This document shows positions 24,773 through 38,037 of a DNA stretch of 64,000 nucleotides, one piece after another (the first letter of the stretch is position 1; every line of letters begins with the position of its first letter). This DNA comes from Haliotis cracherodii (taxonomy: Eukaryota), in contig NW_027266297.1 in assembly GCF_022045235.1 (NCBI RefSeq), positions 26,102,001-26,166,000 on the forward strand, written 5' to 3'. The notes beneath the pieces are model-generated. The model saw nothing but the letters and a program-made list of their open reading frames with translations, was not told the origin of the DNA and ran no database searches. The translations under genes were made by a program, and so were the position numbers.

Positions 24773-25246
24773 CAAAGTTTCGCAAAACAGCTTTTTGGGT
24801 CACATTGTGACAGTGTCAGTATACACAAATACAGCCATTGAAATGATACCCCAGCAACTGACATGGTTTGTGAAGACAAAAATGATGTGCAATGATGTTT
24901 TGTGTACAGAATGGATGTGAAGTTAATTTTGATATGTTCAGTGTAATATGAGCTCCTATGAAGTTTTTTTTATGTCAACTTTGCACAGGATTTGTGTTTG
25001 CCTTGTTTCCAAGTTGAATATGGACTTAAAGCCAACTTTGGTAAAAATTGGAATGGAATATTCATCTCCTCTTTGATAATTGTCTATTCTAAAACATAGT
25101 AAAAATATTAAAGGGGCCTTCAGCCCTTGTTTGAGAAGTATTTTTGTTATCAGATAAAGGGTGCAGTGATAAGTGTCATGATACACACTTACTGTTAAAG
25201 CTATATATTCAAAAATACATATCGGGGGTTACTCTTGAGTACAGAA

Positions 25247-25339
25247 ATATATTGTTCATGTCATCTTTTGTTTCGTCACAATATGGCTGAAATATTGCTG
25301 ATGTGACGTTAAACTTTAACTCACTCACTCACTCACTCA
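25247..25339 (+). mobile_element. 5'-truncated retroposon 3' end with (ACTC)n tail
   Basis: 13-bp TSD CTTGAGTACAGAA; tail GCTGAAATATTGCTGATGTGACGTTAAAC...(ACTC)n. Confidence 0.75.
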
Positions 25340-27563
25340 CTTGAGTACAGAATTGGGATACAGAAACATCTTATTGTTTGTTTTTATTTTTAAAAGTAAA
25401 CATAAGTATTTGTTCACTGATTTTAAATATATAATTAATAAAATATTCAAAAATGCATATCGGGGGTTACAAGTAATCTTTTGGCTTATGCGTTACCGAG
25501 GTATTGACTTGCTGCAGTTGTGCAACCATATTGTCCCACGGAATGAAAAAATACAACACTGATTATAACCTGAATGTGTGGTTGGTGATGTTGTACATAT
25601 GTGTTGGGTCTTGTGCTATAAATGGTGCTTCTGTCTGCTGCTTTTGGTGTGGACACTTTGTGAAATAAGATTAAAGTCATGTATGCTTCTCTAGTGTGTT
25701 TTAAGTGTGAAAAAAATCCTGTGATTATATTTTCTTACAAAGTCATTCAATGTATTTCCAGTAGTGAAAATGGTGATTTTTAGTTAAGTTACTGATATTG
25801 GTAAGTACTTACAAGCACTGAAGCTCCCAGAGACAAAAAGTAGAGGGTCAAAGTGATTTTGAAATTGTGATAGTTTGTTTAGAATTTCATGATACCATTT
25901 GCTAATGATAATCACAACAAAATCAAAATAAATCTCATTTAAGCTAAGATAATGGTCGATTTATCCATTCCAGCTGTCAGTGTAATTAGCCAAAGAAATG
26001 GATTACAGTGCATGTTATATTGTCCTTGTTTACATTGCCTGGAACAATCATTTTGATAGCACATGGAGAGATTTGTAAATATGTTTGTAATCACCATGGT
26101 TACAGTGTATGGTGCTTGTTTCAAATACATGTTTTTATCCAATCTTTGTGGGTTATCTCCCTTTACTCTGAGCCAAGATCACCTGGAAAGTTGTCTTCAG
26201 CTAATTCATCATATTCCACACTGGGGTGTAGAACTGCCCCTGAATGTTGTCCACAATGTCATAATGTGTTCACATAGTACATTGATTGAAATCAACATTT
26301 AAACATTCGATTATGTTTCTAGGTTTGTCAGCACCATCCACGTGCTCGTGTGTGTCACTGAAGTGGTGAACGTCTGTATCACTTCAGGCTTTCCTCCCAC
26401 AGTATGCTGACGCGCAGTGCTGTAACTGGAATACTGTTAAACACACCTTTAAACCCAACTTGTACACTATAAGAGGGTGTATTATTAGGCCAGACTGAAG
26501 TTTATTTTGTCTTTTTTTCTCTCAGAATTTCCAGATTAATATGACATGCCTTGGGACAGGAGCAAAGACATAATATATAATCGTTTTGATTAAGTTTTTG
26601 AAATAACATGCCTCTAAAAGTGTATTTTTCAACCACATGCAAAAATTTATTGCTTTTGTATTATTTTTACTTTTGCAAACTCCAGAGCATGCCCTTAACA
26701 AGATTAGATAGATCACACCTTTCATTGACACAAACCAGTGATTGTGGCTTCAAATCCCTGTTAATGTTTCAAGGTTTGTCAGCACCATACCCATGCTCGT
26801 GGGTTTTACTTAGGTGGTAAATGTCTAAGACCTGCATCACTTCAAGCATTCCCACATTAAGCTGACACCCCGTGATGTAACAGGAATACTGTTCAAAACG
26901 GTGTTAACCCCACACAAAGCAATTTAGCTGCACAGTGATCAACTTGCTGAGGCTGTGTCTTGTTTTGACAAGGTCATCTTTAATCAGGGTAAAACCTCTC
27001 TGACATTGGGTCCAGTTGGTCAAGGGAGGTAACTCACACCATCCTATCCACTTCCCTTTATTTCAGGATCTTGACATTGTTGTATGACATGTAGATGTAT
27101 ATTTATTTCTTATTGTTCTTCATGCAGATGTGTATCACCAAAGTACTGTGGCATGAATTCAGTATTTGTTCAAAGGCATTATTTTTGGTTCCTGCAGTAT
27201 ACATTATACTTTGATTTGGTTGTATATTTCTTTGTTTATGCATACATCCACTCGAATTCCAATCTAATTCCAATTCAGTGTTCATTGTGAATTTTCTGTG
27301 TAGTCTCAAGACATCCTTCTTTCATTTTGAATACAGTGATCCAGTCGTTGAATTTCCCGGTACTATTCAAAGCATATATGGACAATATTTTGAATTGGTT
27401 TTTAACCGGCTGTTTTATTTCTCAGATACCTGTATCATTGATAACCAGTTGCATAAGGTTCATTCTTTGTTGAAGCAGTGATGTGAAGTTAACTTCCAAA
27501 CAAATGTGATCTTTTCATGTCGGGTAATTTTCACCGCCGTAACAGGGTTCGACAAATATGCAG

Positions 27564-27670
27564 GGCCCCGTTCCACAAAGCGATCTTAGCGCTAAGTCGA
27601 TCGTAACTCCCATTCTTTAACACTGACTTACAGCAGTCGTAGTGCTAAGATCACTTTACGGAGCGGGTCC
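27564..27670. mobile_element. ~110-bp Harbinger/Tourist-like MITE nested in a TIR element (27543-27891, CAGGGTTCGACAAATAT / ATATTTGTCGAGCCCTG)
   Basis: Same TIRs as the 3658 copy; outer 17-bp inverted repeats visible. Confidence 0.65.
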
Positions 27671-30600
27671 TAGGTTCTCAAGACAAATACCACCCTGGTA
27701 GAGAACATGGAGATGGTCTGACAGGAAAGTAGGAAATATGAAATGTCACCTTCATTCGCGTTCACCTTTAACAGAAATTGGAGGAATATTTGTAACTTGA
27801 AGGTGTTAGAATCTGTGTAGAACTGATGTTTTTCTGTGGATCAGGAAATTTCTGTAGCATTGGTGGCCTAAATAATATTTGTCGAGCCCTGCATAACTTG
27901 TCAGAGGTAAACATTTGGATTAATGTTACTTAATGCATGTTTAAAGTGTGGTTTTTGAGTGTTTGAATTGACCAAGTTTAGTTTGAATTCAGCCAAGTAC
28001 CTTTATGTATTACTGATAATTTGCGTTCTCACAATCACAACATGTGCATTTATAGTTAAAAAGATCTTTCATTGAACTGATGAAAACCGTTTTCAATTTA
28101 TCTCCCCCCGCCTCAACTAAATGCCCCGAGGGGAAGTCGTCTATGGCCATAATTACTGGAAATACAATTTCCTGACATCCTACATGGTCATATACAGCTC
28201 CTAAGTCAGCCTTAGGAACAGGGTGACAGTCAATTTTGATCACTTCAAACAAGTGTAAGCTGTCTTCATTTTACAAATATTGAAAACAAATTTGTAATAT
28301 ATGTTCTGAAGTGTTGGTTTATTTCCTATTTTCTTTCACCATCTCTGCTAGGTTTGATTCAAAGGGTACATTGTTTTTAATGGCAGTAGATTATTTGTGT
28401 CCCAAAGGCATGCCAGAAATCAATGATTGTGGGTCAAATCCTGGTTCACCCTGATTATGTTTCTAGGTTTGTCAACACCATTCTAGAGCTTATGGGTTTC
28501 ACCAATCACTGGATTGTCACTTCCGGTTTCCACCCATATCAGCTGACACACTGTGTTGTAATTGTTTAAAGCGGAGTCAAATTCAACTCACGCACTCCTA
28601 ATTATTAGTTTTCCCATTTGTCATTTTTTTCGCCGAAAATTGGTGTTGTAAGCTCTCCCAAACAAATAAATTGGAAACGGTTACTGTATTTAGAATTTTG
28701 CCAGTTACTAAATTTCAATTGAAAAATGAAATGATCTAGGATGTAGGTTTTGAAACTGTTTGATCTTCATCAAGTTGGTTGGTACAGCAACATGCTCATT
28801 TGTTAAACAGTCCCAATCCTGTGGAGTTACCATGACCAGTGTGAATACAAGTACGAAGTTCTTCACGAATGACTTTTGTTTTTGCAGTTCCAAAATCATA
28901 ACTTGTTATCATTCCAAACTAGGAAATTTCTCTGAACTAGAAGAAACAAGACATTTGAAATTTTCTTAAATGTTTGTTTAAAATATCACAAAAAATCACT
29001 TACATTATTATGTACAAATGTTGATTGTTTTAAATTGAATCTTGTTCTCAAACCTTGCCATAATACATATCTGAAGACCTGTCCAGTAGGATCCATTCGT
29101 TGTGGAATCTCAGTATCACAAGTGCAGTTCTTTGAAATTGTTTGTGATTCCTTCAAGAGATGAAAGAGTGTAATTATGTACATAACAACCTCTTCAACTG
29201 GTAAAATGTGTGTGCAGTACGAAGTGTGTAAAGATGCAATAATTGTGAACTGACAAGTTTTGAGTATAAGTTGAACTGGACGGTGAGACAGGGTTAGACA
29301 CAACCATTAGTCAGAGGCCTGAACCATACTACTAAAAATGTTCAGGATCACCCATTTCTTTCATATTACTATCATTAATCTGTCATTGCATGAGAGGCGC
29401 TGGGGTTTTCTAGTGGTTAAATCGTTCAGTTGTCACCGAAGACCCAGGTTGGATTTCCCACATGGGTGCAATGTGTGAAGCCCATTTCTGGTGTCCCCCA
29501 CATTGTGATTTTGCAGGGAATATTGGTAGAGCGGTGTAAAACCATACTCATTGTCATGGCATGACAGATTAACTATTGTAATATGAATGAATTACGTGTT
29601 CCTTAACCTTAATGTTACAATACAGTAACCATTAGTTCGAAATTAGCTGGTGACTAGATTGATTTATCTCATGGTGTCTACCCCTGTGATATGGTGAAAG
29701 TTTCTATACAATGTTGTCAGGAGGTTAAAAAAGTAATTTTGGTAGTGATCTTGCAGCTCTTTAACTATATTACACAATCATTCTTAAGAAATGAGTACTA
29801 GTAAGAAGCATCCTATCATTCCTATGCATGGATGACAAACTTTTGGCTATGCAGAATTGAAAGCAAGTTGGGTCATTTCTGTGAATCTGTTTTCAATCAT
29901 TCAAGCCTACGAGGTGTATATTTGATGGAGATGTGACTTCACTCAAGCATCAATTAGATTGTTTATCAAAGGTATAGGTAGATGTTGACACTAGCCTGGT
30001 GGACTCCGAGTTTGTCCAGTGATGATTGGCCATAATCTGCACAACAGAAGAAAAGTAATGTCATTATTCTGTTGGCATTGAGCTGTGTTTCAAACCAGGT
30101 ATGAAAGTCACATGGTCCTTGTTATGGCCCTAATGTATAAAGTTATCTGATTTGGGGTCTCCAGCCTTAAATGCAACGCCAAAGGACTTAGAGGATCAGA
30201 TGACACCTCTATTTCTTACACACTTGGCAGTTCACTTGTGACTGATAAAATGACAAGAGTGAAGCTGCAAGTTTTTAAGGTATGTGAAAATTAGGGTGTT
30301 TCTCTGGTTAAGAGAGAACATGATTTGCTGTATTGGGCACCCTTGTACATCTGTGCACCACTTACCAGTAGTACAACACTGACATGGACGGCTTGACCTG
30401 TGGCTGTCACATTCTCACAGAAATCTCTCACTCGAAACTCTACTATACAATTGCCAAGCAATGCTTCGACAAAAGAAGTATATACTAATGTAAGCATGTA
30501 AATTCATTTTGCTCAATCATTAAACTAAATGATCCATTACCAGTGTTTGTGTTTTTTAGGCAACATGGGAGTCAACAATTGAGAGCATGCCTGGTGTTTA

Positions 30601-30780
30601 TAGACTGCCGTTTAGGGGTTATTTGGTCCATCTGGTGTGAGTCACCAAGGGGAATGTGCTCTGTCACTCAGTCACTATCTGTATGTACCATAGCGGAAAA
30701 TAAACATGCATTTTGTAATTGGTTGTGCAATGAATGATGCATATGAAATTGCCCTGTGGGAATGCCAGGTTGGAAATGCT

Positions 30781-30811
<31 letters not shown>

Positions 30812-30819
<8 letters not shown>

Positions 30820-31090
30820 GGGTGGCCCAGTCGTCTATTCGGTGTGAACAGTGCATCAATTGGGCATGCCAGAAAGCTATGATTGTTGGTTTGAATCCCG
30901 GTTCGCCCCGATTATGTTTCTAGGTTTGTCAGCACCATACCCGTGCTCGTGGGTTTCACCGAAGTGGTTAACGTCTGAGACCTGCATCACTTGGGGCTTT
31001 CCTCCCACATTAAGCTGACACACCGTGATATAACTGGAATACTGTTAAAAGCGGCGTTAAACCCAACTCACTCACTCACTCACTCACTCT
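30812..31090 (+). mobile_element. tRNA-derived SINE family B preceded by poly-G
   Basis: Same body and tail. Partial copies also at about 26310-26460, 26735-26915, 28405-28600, 32605-32860(-), 47110-47292(-) and 53620-53725(-). Confidence 0.85.
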
Positions 31091-31156
31091 TTTGTCGGTG
31101 AGTATAATGCTGAATGATGAGTGTATTTCTGCTTTTGTTGGAGTGTGAAGAAATGT

Positions 31157-31162
31157 AATAAA
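31157..31162 (+). terminator. Candidate distal poly(A) signal (NRBP1)
   Basis: AATAAA with a GT-rich stretch near 31201; other candidates exist, e.g. 23376-23381. Confidence 0.35.
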
Positions 31163-31193
31163 GAAACACAAAGACTACAAATTAAACACTATA

Positions 31194-31199
31194 TTTATT
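31194..31199 (-). terminator. Candidate poly(A) signal (polyamine oxidase)
   Basis: AATAAA on - followed by GT/T-rich tagtgtttaatttgtagtctttgtgtttc. Confidence 0.45.
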
Positions 31200-32996
31200 C
31201 CGTGTATATTGTATTGATACTGGCACTAACATACAAAATGGTACATACATTTTAGAAATATTCCAACCATATGACGGAGGCCTGGGTATAATTGAGTCTG
31301 AACCCGACAACGCAGTGATTGATTTTGTGAACAACGATCCACGCCGTCCGGGTAGGATGACAAGTCAGCAATCCTGACCAACCGATCCACTTTCGACCAG
31401 CATAGGTTGCTGGAGACCTATTCTCATCCAGATTAGAAACCTCTTACGTGGATTCATGAAAGGAGCAAGGGGCGGTTGGGTAGCCTAATGGTTAAAGCGT
31501 TTTCTCGTCACATCAAAGACCCGGGTTCGATTCCCGAAAAGGGTACTATGTGTGAAGCCCATGTCTGGTGCCCCCCGGGTGATATTGCTGGTATATTGCT
31601 AAAAGCGGCATAAACTCAAACTCACTCACGAAAGGAACACCTGCGTCTTCGTTCCTGTCACGAGAAACACCTGTTGCACGTGCGAAATTGACTACTCCCT
31701 CGTCGAGCCCACCACTGAATTGGGACCACACCAATATTTGTTTTTGCTCGACATATTTTCTCAATTTATTCTGACATACTTGTCCGTAATTTGACCGTAT
31801 CTAAATTTACAACCTATTAGACTCAACTAAATATATTGTTACCCAAAGATTCTGAGATAGATAACCACTCCCCCTCGGTTAAGGGGATGTAAAACCCGAG
31901 GCGAATTGGAACAGGTGATGCTTGACCGAGAGCGCGAAGAGCCGGAGGCTCTTCATTGCCGATACACAAACACCGAGGAGTCGTGTTTTATCCTACACAT
32001 CCACACGGGCCAATTGTGAGAAGAAAGTGTACACACTCAACACAACTTTTACACTTTGTCGGATGCTCAAGTTGGCAGTGTAACAGTGGGATGGGTTCGG
32101 AGATTTGGCGTTATTTGTTTTAGCCTATGGCCTTCTGCAACACTATGACCCTTCTCGACTGCCTGACCACTTGGTTTTAATTCCAGCCCTCCTTACAAAG
32201 AGTAACCCTGAACCCCGTCTTTGTTTTCAAAAAGTGAGGTAATTGTATAATTTGGTCACGAGCCTTCCAAATATTTGTTATGTATTTTCCGACGCTCCTA
32301 AGTGATCAAGACTTAGGTGTCTCGTGATTCTCTCCAATTTCGTTGAGTGCAACGACGTCATTCAGTTGGAATATTGCTGCGCGTGCCGTTAAAAAACACA
32401 AAACATATATGCAAGCGTTATGTTTACATTCACGAAAGAGAAATGGAAACGCATTAATACGCCCGAAAACAAGGAACTAAGTCTGTGGGTAAAAGGATCG
32501 TAGGCTATCTTAAGTTTGTTGTATCAAGTATATAGACATCGCAAAAACATTATTGTGAACTATGTTTTTAATCTACCAAACTCTCTAAGCGCCAAAAGAG
32601 ATATGGTGAGTCAGCGTGTGTTTTAACGCCACTTTTAACAGTAATTCACTTATATCACGGCGTGTCAGCTTGCTGTGGGAGGAAAGCCTGAAGTGATACC
32701 GAAAATCCTAGACGTTTGGTACTTAATTGTAACCCGCGGGTATGGTGTTGATAACCATATGAACACAACGGTTGAATCGGGATTCGAACACACGGTCATG
32801 GGTTACTAGCACACATAAGGAACGCAACCCTGACCGCCGAATTACGGCGCTTTAGTCACGATGTCACTTTAAGGAAGTATATCTGAAAGAGTATGCATGA
32901 ACTATGGACTGTTACGTAAAAGCATATAGATCGAAAGTAAATGCGGAATTATGTTGATAAAAAGGTTTAGCTATATAGTTAAACGAAGTCATACAT

Positions 32997-34435
32997 TTAC
33001 TTTAAGAACACTGCCATCATACACGCCAGGAGCGTGGCAAGTGGCAAAGACAACAGCGGCGCCTCACATGTAGTCGGGCTGGGTGGAGGTGTTGGAGGAG
33101 ATGGGTTGAACTGGGGACATTTATTGTCCATCATACATTCCCACAACTTCACCCCTGTGTGTTTACCTGAACGGGAAGCGCCTTCGAGAAAACCATCCAT
33201 CACGTCGTCGTAAGCCTCTCCAGCAAAGTAGACTCTTCCAACACGTGACTTCAGAGCCTCCATGAACCTTGGGTTGCCATCGTCTCCAACCTGGCGGGAG
33301 GTGAAGCTTCCCAGAGTATAAGGATTTCCCGTCCACCCCGCCACAAAGACCCGTTCTGGCTCTGGTGTTTCCTGTCCATACATGCCCTTGAGAACTGCCG
33401 TCACCTCGGCTTTCACTGTAGCATTACGCTCTCTGTCCACCCTCCGTGCTTCCTCTCCTGTGACGACAAACAGGAGTATGTTCGTGCCGGTGGGGAAGAA
33501 GCCCATGGCCTCCAGGTTGATGATGATCGGGTAGTATCCTCTTCGTGGGTGGGCGTGGAGGATGTATTGCTCAGACCCCCAAAAGTTGGTCACTGTGCTG
33601 GCAAATTTAACATAGATCTGAGTGTACGCGTTCATATTTGTTTTGTAGATGGTGTCTAACTTCCATGCGGGTAGAGGCGGGTTAAACATGTCGTTATTAC
33701 TCTTGAGGACGCCCATGCTGAAGGTGACTATGGCATACTTGCCCATGAAGGTTGTGCCTCCCGTGGTAGACACAGACACCGAGGTGTCGGTGTGGTTGAT
33801 GCTGTCCACAGATTCGAACAACTTTATTTGTGGTCCTGACGTGTTCATGAAAGAGCTGGCAAATCGTTCCATCACGTCCTGTAGCCCTCGCTGATCCGTT
33901 GACAGGAACATTTTGTCCTGGATGTCGGAGACGGACTGAAATCCTCGAGTTGACATGAGGGCTGGCACCTTGCTAAATTCGAAATCGTAATCATATATCT
34001 CTATAACGTCTTCCAAGGGGGTTCTAGGAAACCACTGCCCGTTCTCTAATGCAACTCTCATAGACATGTCGGCTATCTTGCCCTCTTTGATTTCACGGTA
34101 GAGATTCTTCACAATTTTCTGAGCGTTTTGTAATTTAGTCCAGGCTGCCTCCGCCTGCGTGTCCAGCGCCTGCCCTTGATGCGACTTCACGACGACGCTT
34201 TCGTAGTCAACGTACTTGCCTGTGATGTTGTAGTTGCTGACGGTGTTGTTAATGGATGCTTCGGGGCCATGTAAGCCCATGGATCCAACCTCCACCATTT
34301 TCCCGCCAAACATGACGCTCCAAGCTCTCCCGCCAATCCGCCAATTGCCCTCTATGATGATAAAGGATATGTTGTGTTTGGCTAGAACACTCGCTGCGGA
34401 CAATCCAGCATATCCGGCGCCGAGAATCAGAACAT
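32997..34435 (-). CDS. Flavin-containing polyamine oxidase (plant/fungal PAO-type), main exon; C-terminal Pro-rich linker and hydrophobic tail
   Basis: DVLILGAGYAGLSAA (Rossmann GxGxxG), RIGGR, YDYDFEF, DQRG, YAIVTFSMGVL, FNPPLPAWK, RRGYY, RVYFAGEA and GFLEGA resemble maize PAO-type enzymes. Acceptor tttcag precedes 34435 (phase 1), so the first 16 aa of the track ORF are intronic. Confidence 0.9.
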
Positions 34436-34996
34436 CTGAAACATAATACACACCATAAATTTTCAAAAATATTTTATATTTCATACCATCACCCGACCAA
34501 CCGTTGTCTAGTCCTGCATGGCATATGTTTGTATCATCGTAAATATTGTCGACACCTCTGAAATATCAAAGTCTATAAGACTAAAACCTCACATGGATAA
34601 TTTCGAAAGATATCTTTCATCCATGTTCAAAATGTCATTGGTGTCCATTGGTTAGGATCATAGGGTGTATTTTGTGGATATTTTCAACGCTTTCGCCTTG
34701 TGAAGCGTACAATCTAGTGAAGCTAACTTTTTAGAACTATCATCTGAAACGATGGGTTTATGATGCTAATATGTAGGAATGATCCCAGCAAATGGGTTTT
34801 TAATTATTTTTTTTAAAACTGACATAAAAATCCTTGCATATTTCAACATGACAAACATCTGAGTCATCATTCATTTGCACAATAATTCCTCTCCCATTTT
34901 AAGTTTAGGATTTGTGGTAATATATGCAATTTTTAAAACATATTTGGATAAGTTCGACCCAAGTCTTGCCTAACATAATGCGGTCAATCAATTATA

Positions 34997-36541
34997 AACT
35001 GACGTCCAAAAGAAACTTTACTAACTGAAAATATAAATTTCAGACAAAGTATAAATTTTTTTTCGAAAAAGTCTATCTAAAACACATAGCCTAAATACAA
35101 CAATAGTGTATGCAGAAAATGTTAATCGTCTGTTACATGTTTGCGAGATAACATGCGAAAAAGTGAAAAACACGTGCACCACGGACAACTGCAAATGCAC
35201 GTGCGGGTAAGGATATAAAACGATTGCAACGGCAAGTCAGACATCCACAGTGATAAAAAAAAACACCCAAAAGAAATGCCACGACTCACAGTCGAACATA
35301 GTGAACGAGCCTTGGGTATGGTACAGATGGGAGCCACCCACGTCCATATTGCACGAACCTTCGGTTGCTCCCGCGTTGCTGTTACCAACTTGATGCAACG
35401 TTACAGACAGACAGGGCGGACCGCTCTCAGGCCATGAACAGGCAGACCCAGGGTAACCACGCCCCATGATGACCGGTACTTGCGTACCTTGCATCTTCGA
35501 AATCGCTTCCTGACAGTGACGTCATCGGCGATAAATGCCTTAGGTCACAGGGTTAGTCGACAGACAGTGGCCAGGAGACTCAGGGCTCATGGAATCAGGG
35601 CTTTTAGACCATACAGAGGACAGCTATTGAAAGCGCAACATCGTCGTCTGCGATTGTAATGGGCCCATACTGTACGACGTTGGCAACGACGTGACTGGCA
35701 GAGGGTTGTCTTCACTGACGAAAGTCGATTCTGTACGTTTAGGGCTGATGGAAGACAACGTCTTTACCGCAGAAGGGGTGAACGAACGGCGGCGTCTTGC
35801 GTGCAGGAGGTCGTACCATATGGTGGAGGGAGCGTCATGGTGTGGGGAGGGATCTGTGGGCAGGAGAGGACACCGCTGGTCATCGTTGACGGAAACTTGA
35901 CAGTTCAGCGTTACATGAATAACATTCTTTGTCCAGTTGTCCTACCATTTCTCCAACAGCAGCCACGTTGTGTCATTTATCAGCATGACAACGCTAGAGC
36001 CCATACAGCCAGAACTGTCTCTAACTTCCTCGCAGCCAACAACGTCAAAGTCCTACCGTGGCCTGCACGCTCTACCGACATGTCCCTCATAGAACACCTC
36101 TGGGACTTGATGGATCGTCGTGTTCGACAACGACCACACTCTCCAGCCAACCAGCAAGAACTGATCTTGGCCCTCCAAGAAGAATGGCGTCAAATCCCAC
36201 GTGACCTCATCAGACAACTGACTTTTTCTGTGCGTCGAAGAGTTTTTGCGTGTATTGAGGCATTTGGGGGTCACACACGCTACTAATGACTTGTTATTGA
36301 ACATGTGCGATTGTTTATGTTCTCTGTCTATTGTCCATGATTCTGAAAGCTCGAGTTTTGTACCACACCAAACTTTGGGGGGCTCTAATGTCGTTCTCGG
36401 TCGCGGTATGATTGTCATTTTCAGTGTTGATTATGTTGATATATTGATCTTCTCAATACACTTACTTCATGCATGTATGTTTTGTTGTTTTTGAGCAAGA
36501 GTGATTTCAAACTCTGGTAAAGTTTCTTTTGGACGTCAGTT
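34997..36541 (+). mobile_element. Tc1/mariner DNA transposon, full length, DD34E transposase inactivated
   Basis: TIRs AACTGACGTCCAAAAGAAACTTTAC / GTAAAGTTTCTTTTGGACGTCAGTT with TA on both sides (34995-6, 36542-3). Confidence 0.95.
35276..36286 (+). pseudogene. Tc1 transposase pseudogene (337 codons, two in-frame stops)
   Basis: MPRL...TGRPRVTT...FTDESRF...VMVWGGI...QHDNARAH...WPARSTDMSLIE; 34 residues between the second D and E. Confidence 0.93.
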
Positions 36542-36698
36542 TATGTGAATCCCCTATAGTGAGTGAGTGAGTTGGGTTTAACACCATTTTCGATTTTCAA
36601 GGCCAAGCTAACCCTTTTTTACTTTTAAAAGTTGCTTGGTTGAATTGGTCATGTCAGAAAACATATTATTAGACACTAAAATCATGACTATTGGACAA

Positions 36699-36810
36699 TG
36701 TTAACTGTGTTTGTGAATTTCACCGACTGCCCAAAGTGCGTTGACCTTTCAACGTTTTTGGTCATAGCTCCCCCATTTAAGGTCGGAAGAATAACAAACT
36801 ATATATTTCT
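36699..36810. repeat. Dispersed repeat fragment; inverted copy at about 60629-60735
   Basis: TGTTAACTGTGTTTGTGAATTTCACCGACTGCC...TAGCTCCCCCATTTAA is the reverse complement of 60650-60735. Confidence 0.8.
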
Positions 36811-38037
36811 AGGTTTCTTATGACTGGACGAGTAATTTGATATGCATATCGACACAATTTTGAATTTTGACCCCGGGATTTTCAATGGATACAACATCCA
36901 ATTCTCTCGGAAAAATGGTGGAACCTTGAAACCAAGCACCTCTGCTACATACCAACCACTCATAGACATGACTCCATCACACCCTGATACCATGATGACT
37001 TCCTTAGTTGAGGCTCAGCGTCTGACTCAAATGACAGGTCAAGAGTACACCGTATTCACCTGTGATCAACAACTTTACAGAGTTGCCCTTCATGTGATGT
37101 GGGTGTATCCAGATAGATTCTCCAATGTTTTTCTACAGCTGGTAGGTATGCACCTACTGATGAACTTCGTAGGATCAGTAGGATCACTCATGGCAAATAG
37201 TGGTCTGGAAGAGGTAATGGGAAATGTGTTTGCTGGTGTGCCAAAGAGGCTGTCAGGCAAGAAATTTCCACAGAACGTCAGAGCTCTTCGTATAGTGGTA
37301 GAGGAAATTTTGAGAAGTGTGCTTGCACCTGGCAGTATCAGCAGTGGCAATCAACTTCAGCTTAAACTGCAAACTCTCTCTTCAGTAAGCAAGACAACAA
37401 AGCTGTGGGTTGACGTTCTCATCAAGCCTGTTTTCATTATGATGATGTATGTGAGGGCAGAGAGGGGAGGTGACTGGTCGTTGCACCTTGAAGCAGTTAA
37501 ACAAATGATGCCGTACTTCCATCTTAGGTCCACTGAAGCAATGCCCATCAAAATCCAAGAACACTTTCTTGCGGGTGAGCATGTAATGAGACACATACCT
37601 GGGTACTGGAACGGTATCTGGAGTGACATGTGGATCGAAACAACATTTATGAGATAAGGTCATGGGCTCGGGGGAAGAATGGGAGTTACCCTGAGGCCTG
37701 ACATGCTAAAGACATGGGCATTAAGCCTCCACATTTGCACACAATTAGAGGAAGATGTGTTAAAGATCAGTCAACGCAATGTGGACAGGATAAACACAAA
37801 GCAGAAAACAAATCAAGAATAGACTCGGATGCCAAGGACAGGGAGAACATTCGGCAGCAGCTTCAACTTTTCATTGATCCAATGAAGCCAGAAACTCATC
37901 CTGAAGATCTTGTGAACATCGTTTCCAGCAGGGTTTCTTCGTCTGCAGTTAACGTTCACAACGCAGTATCTATTGGAATAAAGCAGATGGAAAGCTTTGA
38001 AAGTGGGTGGCCAAACAGCTTTCATGAAACAATTCCA

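Noticed and set aside
30781-30815. Long poly-G/poly-C runs (also 66-100 and 61122-61152) giving poly-Pro ORFs
   Set aside because: Homopolymers of uncertain assembly length with no coding context.
32997-34435. Recent horizontal transfer of the PAO from plants or fungi
   Set aside because: Plant-like PAOs are known in other invertebrates, and the gene has a normal spliceosomal intron. HGT cannot be supported without a phylogeny.
34436-34484. Track start MKYKIFLKIYGVYYVS for the oxidase (single-exon gene)
   Set aside because: This stretch is AT-rich intron ending in tttcag; a phase-compatible signal-peptide exon exists at 54617-54554.
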